DNA from: a virus
Strand: one strand, 5' to 3'
Length of the DNA stretch: 64,000 bases
Virus record (IMG/VR): IMGVR_UViG_3300011114_001049
Span: 36,275 to 100,274 of that record
Part shown: one piece after another, positions 18,820 through 28,355 of the stretch
How positions within the stretch are numbered: position 1 is the first letter of the stretch
How the letters are laid out: every line of letters starts with the position of its first letter
Notes under the pieces: model-generated
The model's input: the letters and a program-made list of their open reading frames with translations, nothing else
Told to the model about the DNA's origin: nothing
Databases searched by the model: none
Position numbers and translations under genes: made by a program

Positions 18820-19518
18820 ATGAGACTAAACGAATGTTCATGTGGCTGCGGTAAAACTGAAGAGTGCAAAGAAGAATTAAGCAACTATATGTTTACTGCA
18901 AACTTATATACAATTAAACGCACAGTCGATACTTTACTAGAAATGGACCAAGCTGCAATTGATCGAGTATTAACTAATGGTCATGATTGGGCATCAGATC
19001 ATATCTCTACAGCAAAAGATGATCTACAAGAGGTCTCTGAGTTTTTTATCAATGAATTAGGTAGAGAATCATCAGTAAGAATGATGGGATCAGACCCTAG
19101 ACTAGCTGACAATATAGCAATAAAGACATTTGAAAGCTTTTTAAATGAGGGCAAGAAGAAAAAAGACAATGATGAAGATGGCGATACTGACTTTGCTGAC
19201 GCTAAAATTGCTCAATATATTGCAGGCGGAATGTCAAAGGCTGAAGCAATCAAGAAGTCTAGAAAGTTCAATAAGTCAGTAAAAGAGGGATTTTGGAATA
19301 GATGGACAAAGCCTTCTATTGATCAAGCTGCTTCAGATTCAGTAAAAGGTCAAGGATACAGCCACCGAGGTAACGATGATGATGCTGAATACATTATGTT
19401 TGATGGTGAAAGATTCAGCCAAGACCAAATTGAATACGCCGACTATCATGACACTGGTCGACTTCCTAGAGTTGAAGACAGTATGTTAATTATTGCTAAT
19501 CCAAACTGGAGTCTTTAA
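18820..19518 (+). CDS. modular hypothetical protein (start probably ATG 18820)
   Basis: Modules separated by LNE / IKTFESFLNE / VKE; acidic DGDTDFAD loop. Confidence 0.65.
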   Translation: MRLNECSCGCGKTEECKEELSNYMFTANLYTIKRTVDTLLEMDQAAIDRVLTNGHDWASDHISTAKDDLQEVSEFFINELGRESSVRMMGSDPRLADNIAIKTFESFLNEGKKKKDNDEDGDTDFADAKIAQYIAGGMSKAEAIKKSRKFNKSVKEGFWNRWTKPSIDQAASDSVKGQGYSHRGNDDDAEYIMFDGERFSQDQIEYADYHDTGRLPRVEDSMLIIANPNWSL

Positions 19519-19544
19519 TCTAAAACTTATTTTAGGTTGTATAT

Positions 19545-19763
19545 TTAACTGTTAATTCTTCTAACTGCTTTTATTTTTTCTAGAAGACCATAATCATAAT
19601 GATCAAAATTAGAAGTATTCCTAACCATAATTTTTAAAAAGATCGGTAACTCATCAGTTTCTTCTGGTAAAATTGTAGTGTATCCCTTACCTACTTCATT
19701 TCCTTCGGAATCAAGTAGAATAGTATCAAGATCAAAACCTAAAACACTTGTTATTTCGTTCAT
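19545..19763 (-). CDS. hypothetical protein
   Basis: ORF paired with 19766..19984. Confidence 0.6.
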   Translation of the reverse strand: MNEITSVLGFDLDTILLDSEGNEVGKGYTTILPEETDELPIFLKIMVRNTSNFDHYDYGLLEKIKAVRRINS

Positions 19764-19765
19764 AT

Positions 19766-19984
19766 CTATTTTTTTATTTTATATAAGCATTCATCTTTGT
19801 GCCAAATTTCAGCAACGCCGGCATGTTTTTTAGCTTTTTCAGAGTATGCTTTTACTGATTTTATTTTATCATAAATTAATATTTTACCATTTTTCATGAT
19901 TATTTTAATAGTCTCTCCTCCTTCTTCTAAGCTAAGATCGTTTGATCTAAAGTCATCAGTCACTCTAAGTTCTTTATTATTCAT
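19766..19984 (-). CDS. hypothetical protein
   Basis: ORF. Confidence 0.6.
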   Translation of the reverse strand: MNNKELRVTDDFRSNDLSLEEGGETIKIIMKNGKILIYDKIKSVKAYSEKAKKHAGVAEIWHKDECLYKIKK

Positions 19985-20040
19985 GTTATTTTTATTTTTA
20001 AGTTATCTGTTTAGATAAATAACTTAAATAATTATACAAA

Positions 20041-20451
20041 ATGCCAGGAAGAGTTTTAACCTTTTTTGAATTTTCTGATAAGTATTCTAACGGTGAAGCT
20101 ACCGAGAAGGACTTGCAGGACGTAACTTCAGCTGCCTCAAACTTCTCAGACGGATTTGATGATTCAACATATGATCAGCCTGAACTAAAGCCAAACCGAC
20201 CAGTAAACGGTGGTTATGAGACTACTCCAGCATCGCCTACTGGGTTTAACCCAGAACAATCTGATCAAATGGATATACCAGAAGGAGAAGAAGCTGAAGA
20301 AGACGATGATTCTGAAGATAAAGAAGAAGAAACTGACGAAGACGATGATGAAAAAGATGAAGCTAAGGGAAACCCAGAAGAATCTAATGAATCTAAAAGA
20401 ATCATAAAGTCTTTTACTAGCTATGTAAATGAGTCTAGATTAAAAAGATAA
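20041..20451 (+). CDS. acidic low-complexity protein with CTS-like motifs at both ends
   Basis: RVLTFFEF...; RIIKSFTSYVNE. Confidence 0.65.
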   Translation: MPGRVLTFFEFSDKYSNGEATEKDLQDVTSAASNFSDGFDDSTYDQPELKPNRPVNGGYETTPASPTGFNPEQSDQMDIPEGEEAEEDDDSEDKEEETDEDDDEKDEAKGNPEESNESKRIIKSFTSYVNESRLKR

Positions 20452-20467
20452 ATCAGAGTAAAGTATA

Positions 20468-20731
20468 ATGAAAATCAAAACATTTTCACAATTTATAATC
20501 TCTAAAAAAATTAATGAGGACGACGCAACAGATCTTGACCTAAGTGCTAATGATGGTGCAGCTTCTTTCCATACCGGTTATTATGGAAAAAATCCACAAG
20601 AAATAATAGTTGACGAGACGGGTAGCAGTAAGATACGTAAAAATAAAAAAGTAGACATACTTGAGTTAGAATCAATAAAAGGAATAGTTAAAGATCTCTC
20701 TGAAAGAGTAGGTAAACTTAAGAAAAAATAA
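20468..20731 (+). CDS. hypothetical protein, CTS-like N-terminus
   Basis: MKIKTFSQFIISKKINE. Confidence 0.65.
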   Translation: MKIKTFSQFIISKKINEDDATDLDLSANDGAASFHTGYYGKNPQEIIVDETGSSKIRKNKKVDILELESIKGIVKDLSERVGKLKKK

Positions 20732-20809
20732 AGCCAGTATTACTACTTTAAGTTATTATCCAAAAAAAGATAATGATTTTTTAGTTTGTAGGTAAATGTA
20801 AAAGGAAGT

Positions 20810-21418
20810 ATGGAAAACTGGTCAACAATAGTAGTAGCATTTATAACTGGTGTACTTGGTCCCGTTATAATAATAATAATAAAAAACATACTGAATAGGA
20901 AGCCGGCTAAGGAGGACATGATAATAGATGCATGTAAAGTAAGCGGTGCAGTTGTTGCTAAAATAGACGAAATAAAGGAAGTCTATTCAGCAGATAGAGT
21001 ATGGGTTGCACAGTTTCATAACGGTGGTCATTTTTATCCTACTGGAAAGTCTATTGCAAAATTCAGTATTTTTTATGAAACCGTTAGTGTAGGCACTAAC
21101 TCAATACAATCAAACTTACAAAACATCCCAGTTAATCTCTTTAGTAAATCAATAAATCATTTATTACAGGATGAATTAATAAGCATTAGTGATTTTAATG
21201 ATGAGACTTGTGCTACACACGGATTAAAGTATTTTGCAATAGACAACGGGACCTATTCTCAATATCTTTTTGCTATTAGAAGCATAGATAAAAAGTTTAT
21301 TGGATTTCTATCAGTAGACTATACTAAAAATGCTACGCTAACTGATCAAGAAATAATTGGATTAGAAATAGATGCAAGTGCACTTGGCGGAGTGTTAATG
21401 AATCACCTCAATAGATGA
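20810..21418 (+). CDS. N-terminal TM plus GAF-like domain (possible T4 gpT-type holin)
   Basis: TM helix, then ADRVWVAQFHNG...IGFLSVDY GAF-like pattern. Confidence 0.55.
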   Translation: MENWSTIVVAFITGVLGPVIIIIIKNILNRKPAKEDMIIDACKVSGAVVAKIDEIKEVYSADRVWVAQFHNGGHFYPTGKSIAKFSIFYETVSVGTNSIQSNLQNIPVNLFSKSINHLLQDELISISDFNDETCATHGLKYFAIDNGTYSQYLFAIRSIDKKFIGFLSVDYTKNATLTDQEIIGLEIDASALGGVLMNHLNR

Positions 21419-21594
21419 AAAGAATAATAGAAAATTTCATGGAATTCATGGATCTTGCAAGAATAAATCAAGGACCAGATGGATGGTCGATATATGGAGC
21501 CAATCCTAAGTTAAAAAAGAAAACGCGACATAAGGCTGCGACTAAAATGGAAGACCTTACTAATAGTCTTCGTCATCGTCTCCAAAAGAAATAG
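21415..21594 (+). CDS. small basic protein with CTS-like start (59 aa, not in track)
   Basis: MKRIIENFMEFMD...; ATGA overlap with the upstream gene. Confidence 0.5.
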   Translation: MKRIIENFMEFMDLARINQGPDGWSIYGANPKLKKKTRHKAATKMEDLTNSLRHRLQKK

Positions 21595-21784
21595 CACTAA
21601 GAGCTTCTGATTCCCAATTAAGTAAGACGTCATCTAACTCGTCATCCACCATTATCAATATCTGCAAATAATCTGAATCTTGCGATCCTTTACTTAAAAG
21701 TATCTTATCCTTAATTGCATCTGCTTTTTGTATTATAGATGCCTTCAGCTTTTCCTTAATCGACTCTGAATTATCTTCTTTCAT
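21560..21784 (-). CDS. hypothetical acidic protein
   Basis: AAAC-N18-TATAAT upstream. Confidence 0.6.
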   Translation of the reverse strand: MKEDNSESIKEKLKASIIQKADAIKDKILLSKGSQDSDYLQILIMVDDELDDVLLNWESEALSAISFGDDDEDY

Positions 21785-21866
21785 AGGTATTGTGTTATTA
21801 TATTATATTTAGTAAAATATAAAAAGTTTTAGGATAAATAAACTAAATAAAAATAAGTTTTATCAA

Positions 21867-22388
21867 ATGAAGAATTTTATGACTATTAGAAAACTATACG
21901 AGACCTACGATCAACCGCAAGATGATCAAGGAATGCAATCACATATGCAGACGCAGCAACCATCTAAAATTTTATCAATGAATCAATTTATTGACAACAC
22001 TGATGAAATTGACAACACTGATCCGATTGCTGAACCGATGGCTGAGCCTATTGCTGAGCCTATTGCTGAGCCTATGACTGAGCCTATGGACAATCAACAA
22101 ACTGCTCTTCCTGCTTTTAATCCAATGAATTTGACAGTTTCTCAATTTATAGAACGTTGTGATAAGATAAACCCATTAGTTTGTATGGGACTTAACACTT
22201 TTATTGAAGCAAACAGTGAAGCTTTAGCAAATGAGGTAAATGGAGGAGAAGAGTTTGATTTAGATAAAGAAGCTAACTTGGACTTTCCACCAGTCGCAGG
22301 ACCTGAAGCAAAGGCTAATGATTTTTCATTAGATCAGCCTGCAACAGACCTTGATTTTCCACAAGAAACAGAACCAGCTACTATTTAA
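21867..22388 (+). CDS. acidic protein with EP(I/M)A repeats, possibly scaffold/core-like
   Basis: Late motif at 21833; KILSMNQFID. Confidence 0.6.
   Translation: MKNFMTIRKLYETYDQPQDDQGMQSHMQTQQPSKILSMNQFIDNTDEIDNTDPIAEPMAEPIAEPIAEPMTEPMDNQQTALPAFNPMNLTVSQFIERCDKINPLVCMGLNTFIEANSEALANEVNGGEEFDLDKEANLDFPPVAGPEAKANDFSLDQPATDLDFPQETEPATI
22023..22089 (+). repeat. in-frame 12-bp tandem repeat (GCTGAGCCTATT-like, ~5 copies)
   Basis: Encodes PIAEPMAEPIAEPIAEPMTEPM. Confidence 0.85.
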
Positions 22389-22396
22389 AACTACCA

Positions 22397-22663
22397 ATGA
22401 GGACGACTAACGAATGGTATGGTGCTAACACCATGGGAACCGATGCAAATTACATAATCCCATCGCCTGACGAAAAAAGGTTTAATCATCTAATGTACAC
22501 TGCAGGTGCAAGTACAACAGTACCATCCCATTGGAATAACTCTCCTTTTTTAGCAGGCGGTAGAATGACTAGTACATTTGGTTCTAATCCTAAAGAAGAA
22601 AAGAAAAGAAAAATCATGACATATAAGCAATTTCTAGAGTCAAAAATAAAAAGAAATAAATAA
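22397..22663 (+). CDS. hypothetical protein, C-terminal CTS-like motif
   Basis: RKIMTYKQFLE. Confidence 0.65.
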   Translation: MRTTNEWYGANTMGTDANYIIPSPDEKRFNHLMYTAGASTTVPSHWNNSPFLAGGRMTSTFGSNPKEEKKRKIMTYKQFLESKIKRNK

Positions 22664-22678
22664 AAAAAAGAAAAACAG

Positions 22679-22933
22679 ATGGGATACATTAAAAACTTTA
22701 CAAACTTTACTACGTCTAAAGAAGGCGCAGTTAGTGAAGAGACTGATGTAATGTTAACTGATGTAACTCTAACTGATCTTTCTAAGAAAATTCAAGATTA
22801 CAAGAACCAGATAAACCAGTGGGAAAAGGCAATTGAAGATCGAAAAAAAGTATTAGCTGATACTGCTAAAGCTGCAGCTGCACAAGTAGTTACACCAGCG
22901 CCTGCAGCACCAGCTCAACCTGCTACTTCCTAA
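22679..22933 (+). CDS. small coiled-coil protein, CTS-like start
   Basis: MGYIKNFTNF. Confidence 0.65.
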   Translation: MGYIKNFTNFTTSKEGAVSEETDVMLTDVTLTDLSKKIQDYKNQINQWEKAIEDRKKVLADTAKAAAAQVVTPAPAAPAQPATS

Positions 22934-22934
22934 G

Positions 22935-23381
22935 ATGAATAGAAAAATAAAGACATATAATGATTTCACTAATGAATCGACTAGAGAAGTCGTTTACCCT
23001 AGTAATTTTAAAGGTATGGTCCAAAGTACCTTATCTGGACTCTATACTCAGATCATTGCTATAGCTCAAGAATTAGCTAACGAAAAAGCCGCTAGAAACC
23101 CAGGTAGGTACTCAGGTACTCTAGAAGAGGTAGATATTACTAGGGCTATGAATATGATATTCCACAGCGATTGGAAGAAGAAGATTAAAGAGAGGGCCAT
23201 TGGAGAGGTTTTACAAAAGTCAATGGCTAGGGCAGGTAAACAGGATGAAGTTATAGGTAAGAAGAATCTTAGAGCATTAGGTAGATCAAATGGAGATACT
23301 GACTTTAAGGTAGACATCAATAAATCTAGTGTAAGATTTAGTGATAAAAAAGATGGTGGTGGGACTGGTTCAAACCAATAA
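22935..23381 (+). CDS. hypothetical protein, CTS-like start
   Basis: MNRKIKTYNDFTNE. Confidence 0.65.
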   Translation: MNRKIKTYNDFTNESTREVVYPSNFKGMVQSTLSGLYTQIIAIAQELANEKAARNPGRYSGTLEEVDITRAMNMIFHSDWKKKIKERAIGEVLQKSMARAGKQDEVIGKKNLRALGRSNGDTDFKVDINKSSVRFSDKKDGGGTGSNQ

Positions 23382-23387
23382 AACAAG

Positions 23388-24122
23388 ATGACAGAACAAG
23401 AACTAATAGCTGATATAATTGATGAGATTACTTTTTCGGGAGCGTTGCCTTATTCGTTACCTGAAAAAGAAATAACTAGAATTCTTGAAAACGACAGTCG
23501 TTATTTCTATGACAACTGGAGACATGCTGTCGAATCTCAATATCTATTACTTCCAAAAGAATTATTTAGTACCCCTCAATTTAAAAAGAAGCGCCAAATA
23601 ATACTACCCGACTGTGTACAGTTTGTTGTAGATTTTAAGGAGGCAAAAGGCGGCTCTATATTTGGATCAATCGACCGAGATTTTGCAGAACAGAAATTTA
23701 TAGGTGCTGAAATATTCTTGACTCCTTTCATTGGAGAAAGTATTATGTACAGGACAGTAATGTTTTCCTTTCTAGACTTAAGTAAAGCCATGTTAATTGA
23801 TACTATCGCATATGACTATAACAAAAACACTAAGCTATTAGGTGTATTAGGAAGATCGCCGGCAACTGCAGCAGTAGTTCGAGTCTTTAAAAAACTAGAT
23901 AGAGACAAGTTATATGAAGACGAGTTGTTTCAAAGATACGTTCGTGCACATGCAAAAGTAAGGTTATCTCATCTTCTCCAAACATTTAATTATGCTTTGC
24001 CTGGTGGAGTAACAGTTAACTATCAAAACGTAGTGACTACTGCTGAAAAAGAAATGGAGACTGTGTTAACTATGATGAAAGGTGAGAACACAGCTGACTG
24101 GATGTTCTTACATCGACAATAA
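23388..24122 (+). CDS. gp13: neck/head-tail adaptor protein, T4 gp13-like
   Basis: C-terminal LPGGVTVN motif; size and context. Confidence 0.65.
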   Translation: MTEQELIADIIDEITFSGALPYSLPEKEITRILENDSRYFYDNWRHAVESQYLLLPKELFSTPQFKKKRQIILPDCVQFVVDFKEAKGGSIFGSIDRDFAEQKFIGAEIFLTPFIGESIMYRTVMFSFLDLSKAMLIDTIAYDYNKNTKLLGVLGRSPATAAVVRVFKKLDRDKLYEDELFQRYVRAHAKVRLSHLLQTFNYALPGGVTVNYQNVVTTAEKEMETVLTMMKGENTADWMFLHRQ

Positions 24123-24134
24123 AAAAAGAAGAAA

Positions 24135-24512
24135 ATGGCACAACTTAGGGACATATATTTTAGGGATCAAAACGATCCTAAATTCCAGGCCAACAAGATA
24201 GAGGTAACAGACGACCTTGAAGCAACTATTCAACAAATAATGATGACTATATTTACTAGAAAAGGCGAGGTCTTAGGAGAATCTAATTTTGGTTTAAACT
24301 TAGATAATTACCTATTTGAATTTAATGTAGATCCAGTAAGCCTAAGTAGAGCGGCGCAAGACCAAATCTATAGCTATGTGAGTGAAACTAGAAAAAGAAG
24401 AATTACTATTGAACCTTCTTTATATCCAGATTCAGTTTCAAATAGAGATATTCTGGTTTTGTTGATAGACATCCCTGAGATAAAAGAGAAGATCGCTGCG
24501 TTTTACGATTAA
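24135..24512 (+). CDS. gp25: baseplate wedge/sheath initiator, gp25-like
   Basis: IFTRKGEVLGESNFG...LFE pattern. Confidence 0.75.
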   Translation: MAQLRDIYFRDQNDPKFQANKIEVTDDLEATIQQIMMTIFTRKGEVLGESNFGLNLDNYLFEFNVDPVSLSRAAQDQIYSYVSETRKRRITIEPSLYPDSVSNRDILVLLIDIPEIKEKIAAFYD

Positions 24513-24520
24513 CAGTTGAC

Positions 24521-25549
24521 CTATTTATTTTTATCTCTTACTTTATAGATTCTTTCAATAATATCAACTACTTTCATACCCTCAAGTGCATTTGTTGTAG
24601 GAGAAGTTCTGCCTTTTAAAGTATTTATAACGTTTGAAATAATATAATTATGATTTGCAGCAGAACCTTTATAAGGTCCATAATCATTTGCAGGATTTGA
24701 TTCTTTTAAAACAGGCATTTCATATCCAGAAATAGCACAAACTTCAACTTCATTCATGTATTGACCGCCAATTTTTACGCTCCCATTTTTTCCAATAATT
24801 GTCATTGAAGATTCTAAATTCTGGTTTGCAATAGAAGTAGAATAATTTATACTTCCCATTCCACCACTTATAAAATCGAAGCTTACAAATCCTGAATCTT
24901 CAAAAGCTGTTGTAGTTTGATGATTAAAGTCTGCAAATTTTCCTTGAATATTTTTTATATCTCCAAATAACCAATACATGATATCGATAAAGTGTGAAAA
25001 TTGAGTAAAGAGTGTTCCTCCATCTAAATCTGCTGTTCCTTTCCAGCCACCAGACTTATAATAACGATCATCACGGTTCCAATAACAATTTAATTGAACC
25101 ATGTAAATTTCGCCGAGTAATCCGTCAGTTATTACTGATTTAATCCACTCAGACGGAGGTGAATAACGGTTTTGCATTACACAAAAAACTTGCTTTGATT
25201 CTTGGAGTGCTTTGAAAAGGATTTTCTCACAACTTTCTTTTGTTAAGCCCATTGGTTTTTCGCAGACAACATTTTTCTTTTCTGCTAAAGCCTTTAGTGA
25301 CTGTTCAGCGTGTAAACCGTTTGGAGTGCAGATGTTGACGACATCAAATTCTAATCCACTTGCAAAAAGTTCTTCCATCGTGGTAAAAAAAGGCACATTG
25401 AAATCTTCAGCTGCACATTCTTTTTTGGATCTAATATCTACCATTGCGACTAACTCGCCTTCTGAATCTCTTCGTATCATTTCTGCATGGCGCTTTCCGA
25501 TATGACCGGCACCGACTACTACAAACCTTATTTTTGAATTATTTGACAT
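24521..25549 (-). CDS. Gfo/Idh/MocA oxidoreductase (WbpB/WlbA-like nucleotide-sugar 3-dehydrogenase)
   Basis: VVGAGHIG, CTPNGLH, CEKPM, QNRY, DGG..FTQFSHFID. Confidence 0.85.
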   Translation of the reverse strand: MSNNSKIRFVVVGAGHIGKRHAEMIRRDSEGELVAMVDIRSKKECAAEDFNVPFFTTMEELFASGLEFDVVNICTPNGLHAEQSLKALAEKKNVVCEKPMGLTKESCEKILFKALQESKQVFCVMQNRYSPPSEWIKSVITDGLLGEIYMVQLNCYWNRDDRYYKSGGWKGTADLDGGTLFTQFSHFIDIMYWLFGDIKNIQGKFADFNHQTTTAFEDSGFVSFDFISGGMGSINYSTSIANQNLESSMTIIGKNGSVKIGGQYMNEVEVCAISGYEMPVLKESNPANDYGPYKGSAANHNYIISNVINTLKGRTSPTTNALEGMKVVDIIERIYKVRDKNK

Positions 25550-25560
25550 TTTATAATTTT

Positions 25561-25965
25561 TTAATACACTGAAAGGTTCATAGAATTATTAGAATCTATC
25601 CCAGAAAAATATTGAATAAAAAGTCGTAAGTTTCTTTGCTGATTACTTAACATCTCAATTTTGCTTCTTTTGATTTGTATCTGCTTAGAAAGGTCAGAAC
25701 GCAGTTCAATCAATTTACAATAGTCTGCACTATCGTTACAGTCGCTAATGAATGCCATTTTTCTGGCTTCATCATTAGTATAAATCTTTTTTCCAGCATC
25801 GTCTACTGCATTTAGGACTTGTGACTTTATTTCGATCTCAAGTTCGGTGATAGCTTTTTCGTTTGACTCTACTAAATCGCTTGTTTCAATAAGCTCTAAC
25901 TGATTGTCATAAATAGCCTTAGGAATATCAGATAGCTCTTGAGCCATGTCTAATGGTGATTTCAT
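25561..25965 (-). CDS. coiled-coil hypothetical protein
   Basis: ORF. Confidence 0.65.
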   Translation of the reverse strand: MKSPLDMAQELSDIPKAIYDNQLELIETSDLVESNEKAITELEIEIKSQVLNAVDDAGKKIYTNDEARKMAFISDCNDSADYCKLIELRSDLSKQIQIKRSKIEMLSNQQRNLRLFIQYFSGIDSNNSMNLSVY

Positions 25966-26006
25966 AAATATAGTTTTAGATTATAATACAAATAAACTAT
26001 CAACTA

Positions 26007-27719
26007 TTAAAGTTGACCAGCTGCGCCTACTTCTCCTCCTTCTTTGGTCTCGCTACCGCCGGCCTCAGCAGCGGCGCCTGCGGCAGCTGGTGCGGCTCCG
26101 CCTGGTGCAGGTGGTGCAGCTGGAGCGGCAGGTGCAGCAGCTGCTGCTTCCGCTTCAATTTCAAGTTTTTGATCAAACCATTGCTGATTTGATTCAATCT
26201 CACTCTCAGTAAGTTTAAGTTCTTTTCTAACTAAGTATTCAGTAGAGAAGAACGGTGTACCGTCGTCTTTCATGACTCCTTTTTTGGCTTGGAATGCAGC
26301 TATACGCTTTGCCTCAATGTCGTTCTGCTTAGCCTCTTCAAAGATATTGTCGTTATTATAGTTAATCCCAATTGCATTATTAAATTTATAGTCATCACCA
26401 AGCTCAGGAAAGTCTAAACACATTTGTAGATACCATGGCTTTACTAATAATTCAGAAAAGGCTGATCTTAATCGTCTAATGAATTTTTGGTATCTTACCT
26501 CTTCTCTAGTTATACCTTCAGCATTAAGGGTAAATGCACCCATTCCGCTTTGTCCTTCCCAACGAGAATAAGGAATTTTAGAATCCATCTTCAACTTCTT
26601 GTAAAAGTAGTTAAGGAGTTCTGAACCAGAAAGGTTTGGTCCAGGTGTTTGTAAAGCCTCTATCTTTATCTGCTGTTGCTGATCGTTTATTGGCATAACA
26701 TAATTCTTGTAGAAAAGAATATTAGGTTTACCGTCAACACTTAATTCACCAGTATCTCCATTGAAACTAATATCTTCTTTAAACAGATTTAAAAACTCAC
26801 GAACATCTTCTTGGCCTTTTTGAAAGCTTTTACTTCCAATTGGAACCGTAGTAGTTAGACGAATTGGCGCATTCATTACGTGCCAAATTACTTTACTATG
26901 CTCGATGATTCTTAATAAGTTGAACGACCTAATTAATCTCTCTACGAAACTTACTCGCTTTGTCCTAAAGTGGTTGGCATAAGATAAGTATATTATTTGT
27001 GAATCATTCAATACTCTAGTTGAACCACTAGTTGGATCGTACTGTACCCACTGTAAGAAAAGCTTGCCCTTAGGATCTTTTTGTAGTTGAGGAGCGATAC
27101 TTGCAGGATCGATCTCTTTAAAACCTATTATCTCCTTTGGTTTTTCTAAGTTATCATATAGGATCTCAAAAGAAAGGTGTCCTTCTACTAAGAATTGAAA
27201 GGCATACTGCCAAGCAGCGATACCTTCACCGAATCCCCAAGCAGTATAGATCTTTTCAAAGTTATCATTGTACTTATTAATCACAGATTCTTGATAGTGT
27301 AAACGATCTTCTTTGGTGTTTCCTCTATATAGAAGCTTGCCTGTCATGTCTTTTGCATAGGCAAACCTTGCCTCTTCATCATAGACCACCATGTCATCGA
27401 CTATTGTTTCTAAGATGAATTCTATCTCTCCATTTGATGCAACATCCCGTAAGCGCTCTCTCTTAACTACATAATCTAACTGAAAAAAAGCAATAGCTTT
27501 TGTTCTTAGTTGAGAAGTAGTATCAGCAATAGCCATTGAAAATTTCATCAATTCGTCATTGGAGCTTAGCCTAGAGCTTCTAGCCTGTAACTGACCCTCA
27601 ATGAATCCGATTGCTTGTGAGTTTTTTAAGAGAAGATCCTCATGGCGAGTACCAAACTTACTTAAACTGGCCAAAGCTCCTCCAGTTCTTCCTTTCAATG
27701 TGTCTAAAAATCCAGCCAT
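26007..27719 (-). CDS. gp20: portal vertex protein, T4 gp20-like
   Basis: LRIIEHSKVIW, YFYKKL...KIPYSR, ITREEVRYQKFIRRLR; Ala/Pro/Gly-rich tail. Confidence 0.85.
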   Translation of the reverse strand: MAGFLDTLKGRTGGALASLSKFGTRHEDLLLKNSQAIGFIEGQLQARSSRLSSNDELMKFSMAIADTTSQLRTKAIAFFQLDYVVKRERLRDVASNGEIEFILETIVDDMVVYDEEARFAYAKDMTGKLLYRGNTKEDRLHYQESVINKYNDNFEKIYTAWGFGEGIAAWQYAFQFLVEGHLSFEILYDNLEKPKEIIGFKEIDPASIAPQLQKDPKGKLFLQWVQYDPTSGSTRVLNDSQIIYLSYANHFRTKRVSFVERLIRSFNLLRIIEHSKVIWHVMNAPIRLTTTVPIGSKSFQKGQEDVREFLNLFKEDISFNGDTGELSVDGKPNILFYKNYVMPINDQQQQIKIEALQTPGPNLSGSELLNYFYKKLKMDSKIPYSRWEGQSGMGAFTLNAEGITREEVRYQKFIRRLRSAFSELLVKPWYLQMCLDFPELGDDYKFNNAIGINYNNDNIFEEAKQNDIEAKRIAAFQAKKGVMKDDGTPFFSTEYLVRKELKLTESEIESNQQWFDQKLEIEAEAAAAAPAAPAAPPAPGGAAPAAAGAAAEAGGSETKEGGEVGAAGQL

Positions 27720-27723
27720 ATAT

Positions 27724-28347
27724 TTATCTGTTTAATGAATTTGTTAAAAAGTCCTCGTATACTTTAGCTAAGTTTATAGGACTCGGCAATAAACCTCTAT
27801 CAGAAAGCCTAGGATTGACTAACATTCCAAACTGGTTCCAGTCAATCAACCTAGCTGAACTGATATCGTCCATGCTATACTTATTTATCGCGTAATAAAG
27901 ATTATCTGCACCCGATAGCTCTGAGATCAGACTAGGTGTAATCATGTAGAATTTTTGGTCTATTACTTGTCTCTCAGCCAAAGGTCGAAGAGTACCAGTA
28001 GTATCAAAGAGATTACTTAAACCGTGCTTTAAGGAAAAATTCCAATAGATATGAAGTATCTTTTCTAATATCGGCGGAGGTACTACTCTTAAGTCTAACA
28101 TAATAGTTGTTTCCTGCCAGTTTTCGTGAAAGAAGACTAGACCGATTGGATTTAGATCAATATAGTTTTTACCTCTAGTATATGCTGATATAAAGTCGGC
28201 AGTCATATCTACTGCAGGTGGGACTATTGTAAACTGGTAAAACCTGCCAGGTAAAAGATTTGACCTATTTGTATTGGTCCCTTCTTCTGCAACTTGCTCA
28301 AAAGTAAGTCGCCCGTCATTTTTTTCTATCTCTTCAAAAGTCTTCAC
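27724..28347 (-). CDS. possible DNA end protector, gp2-like
   Basis: PGRFYQF motif; adjacent to a gp4-like gene. Confidence 0.4.
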   Translation of the reverse strand: MKTFEEIEKNDGRLTFEQVAEEGTNTNRSNLLPGRFYQFTIVPPAVDMTADFISAYTRGKNYIDLNPIGLVFFHENWQETTIMLDLRVVPPPILEKILHIYWNFSLKHGLSNLFDTTGTLRPLAERQVIDQKFYMITPSLISELSGADNLYYAINKYSMDDISSARLIDWNQFGMLVNPRLSDRGLLPSPINLAKVYEDFLTNSLNR

Positions 28348-28355
28348 GATATCTT

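Noticed and set aside
18188-18841. Long antisense ORFs in the track (also 396..653, 481..909, 48764..49378, 52654..53235, 51250..51618 and others)
   Set aside because: They shadow well-supported genes on the opposite strand and have Ser/Phe/Leu-rich antisense composition
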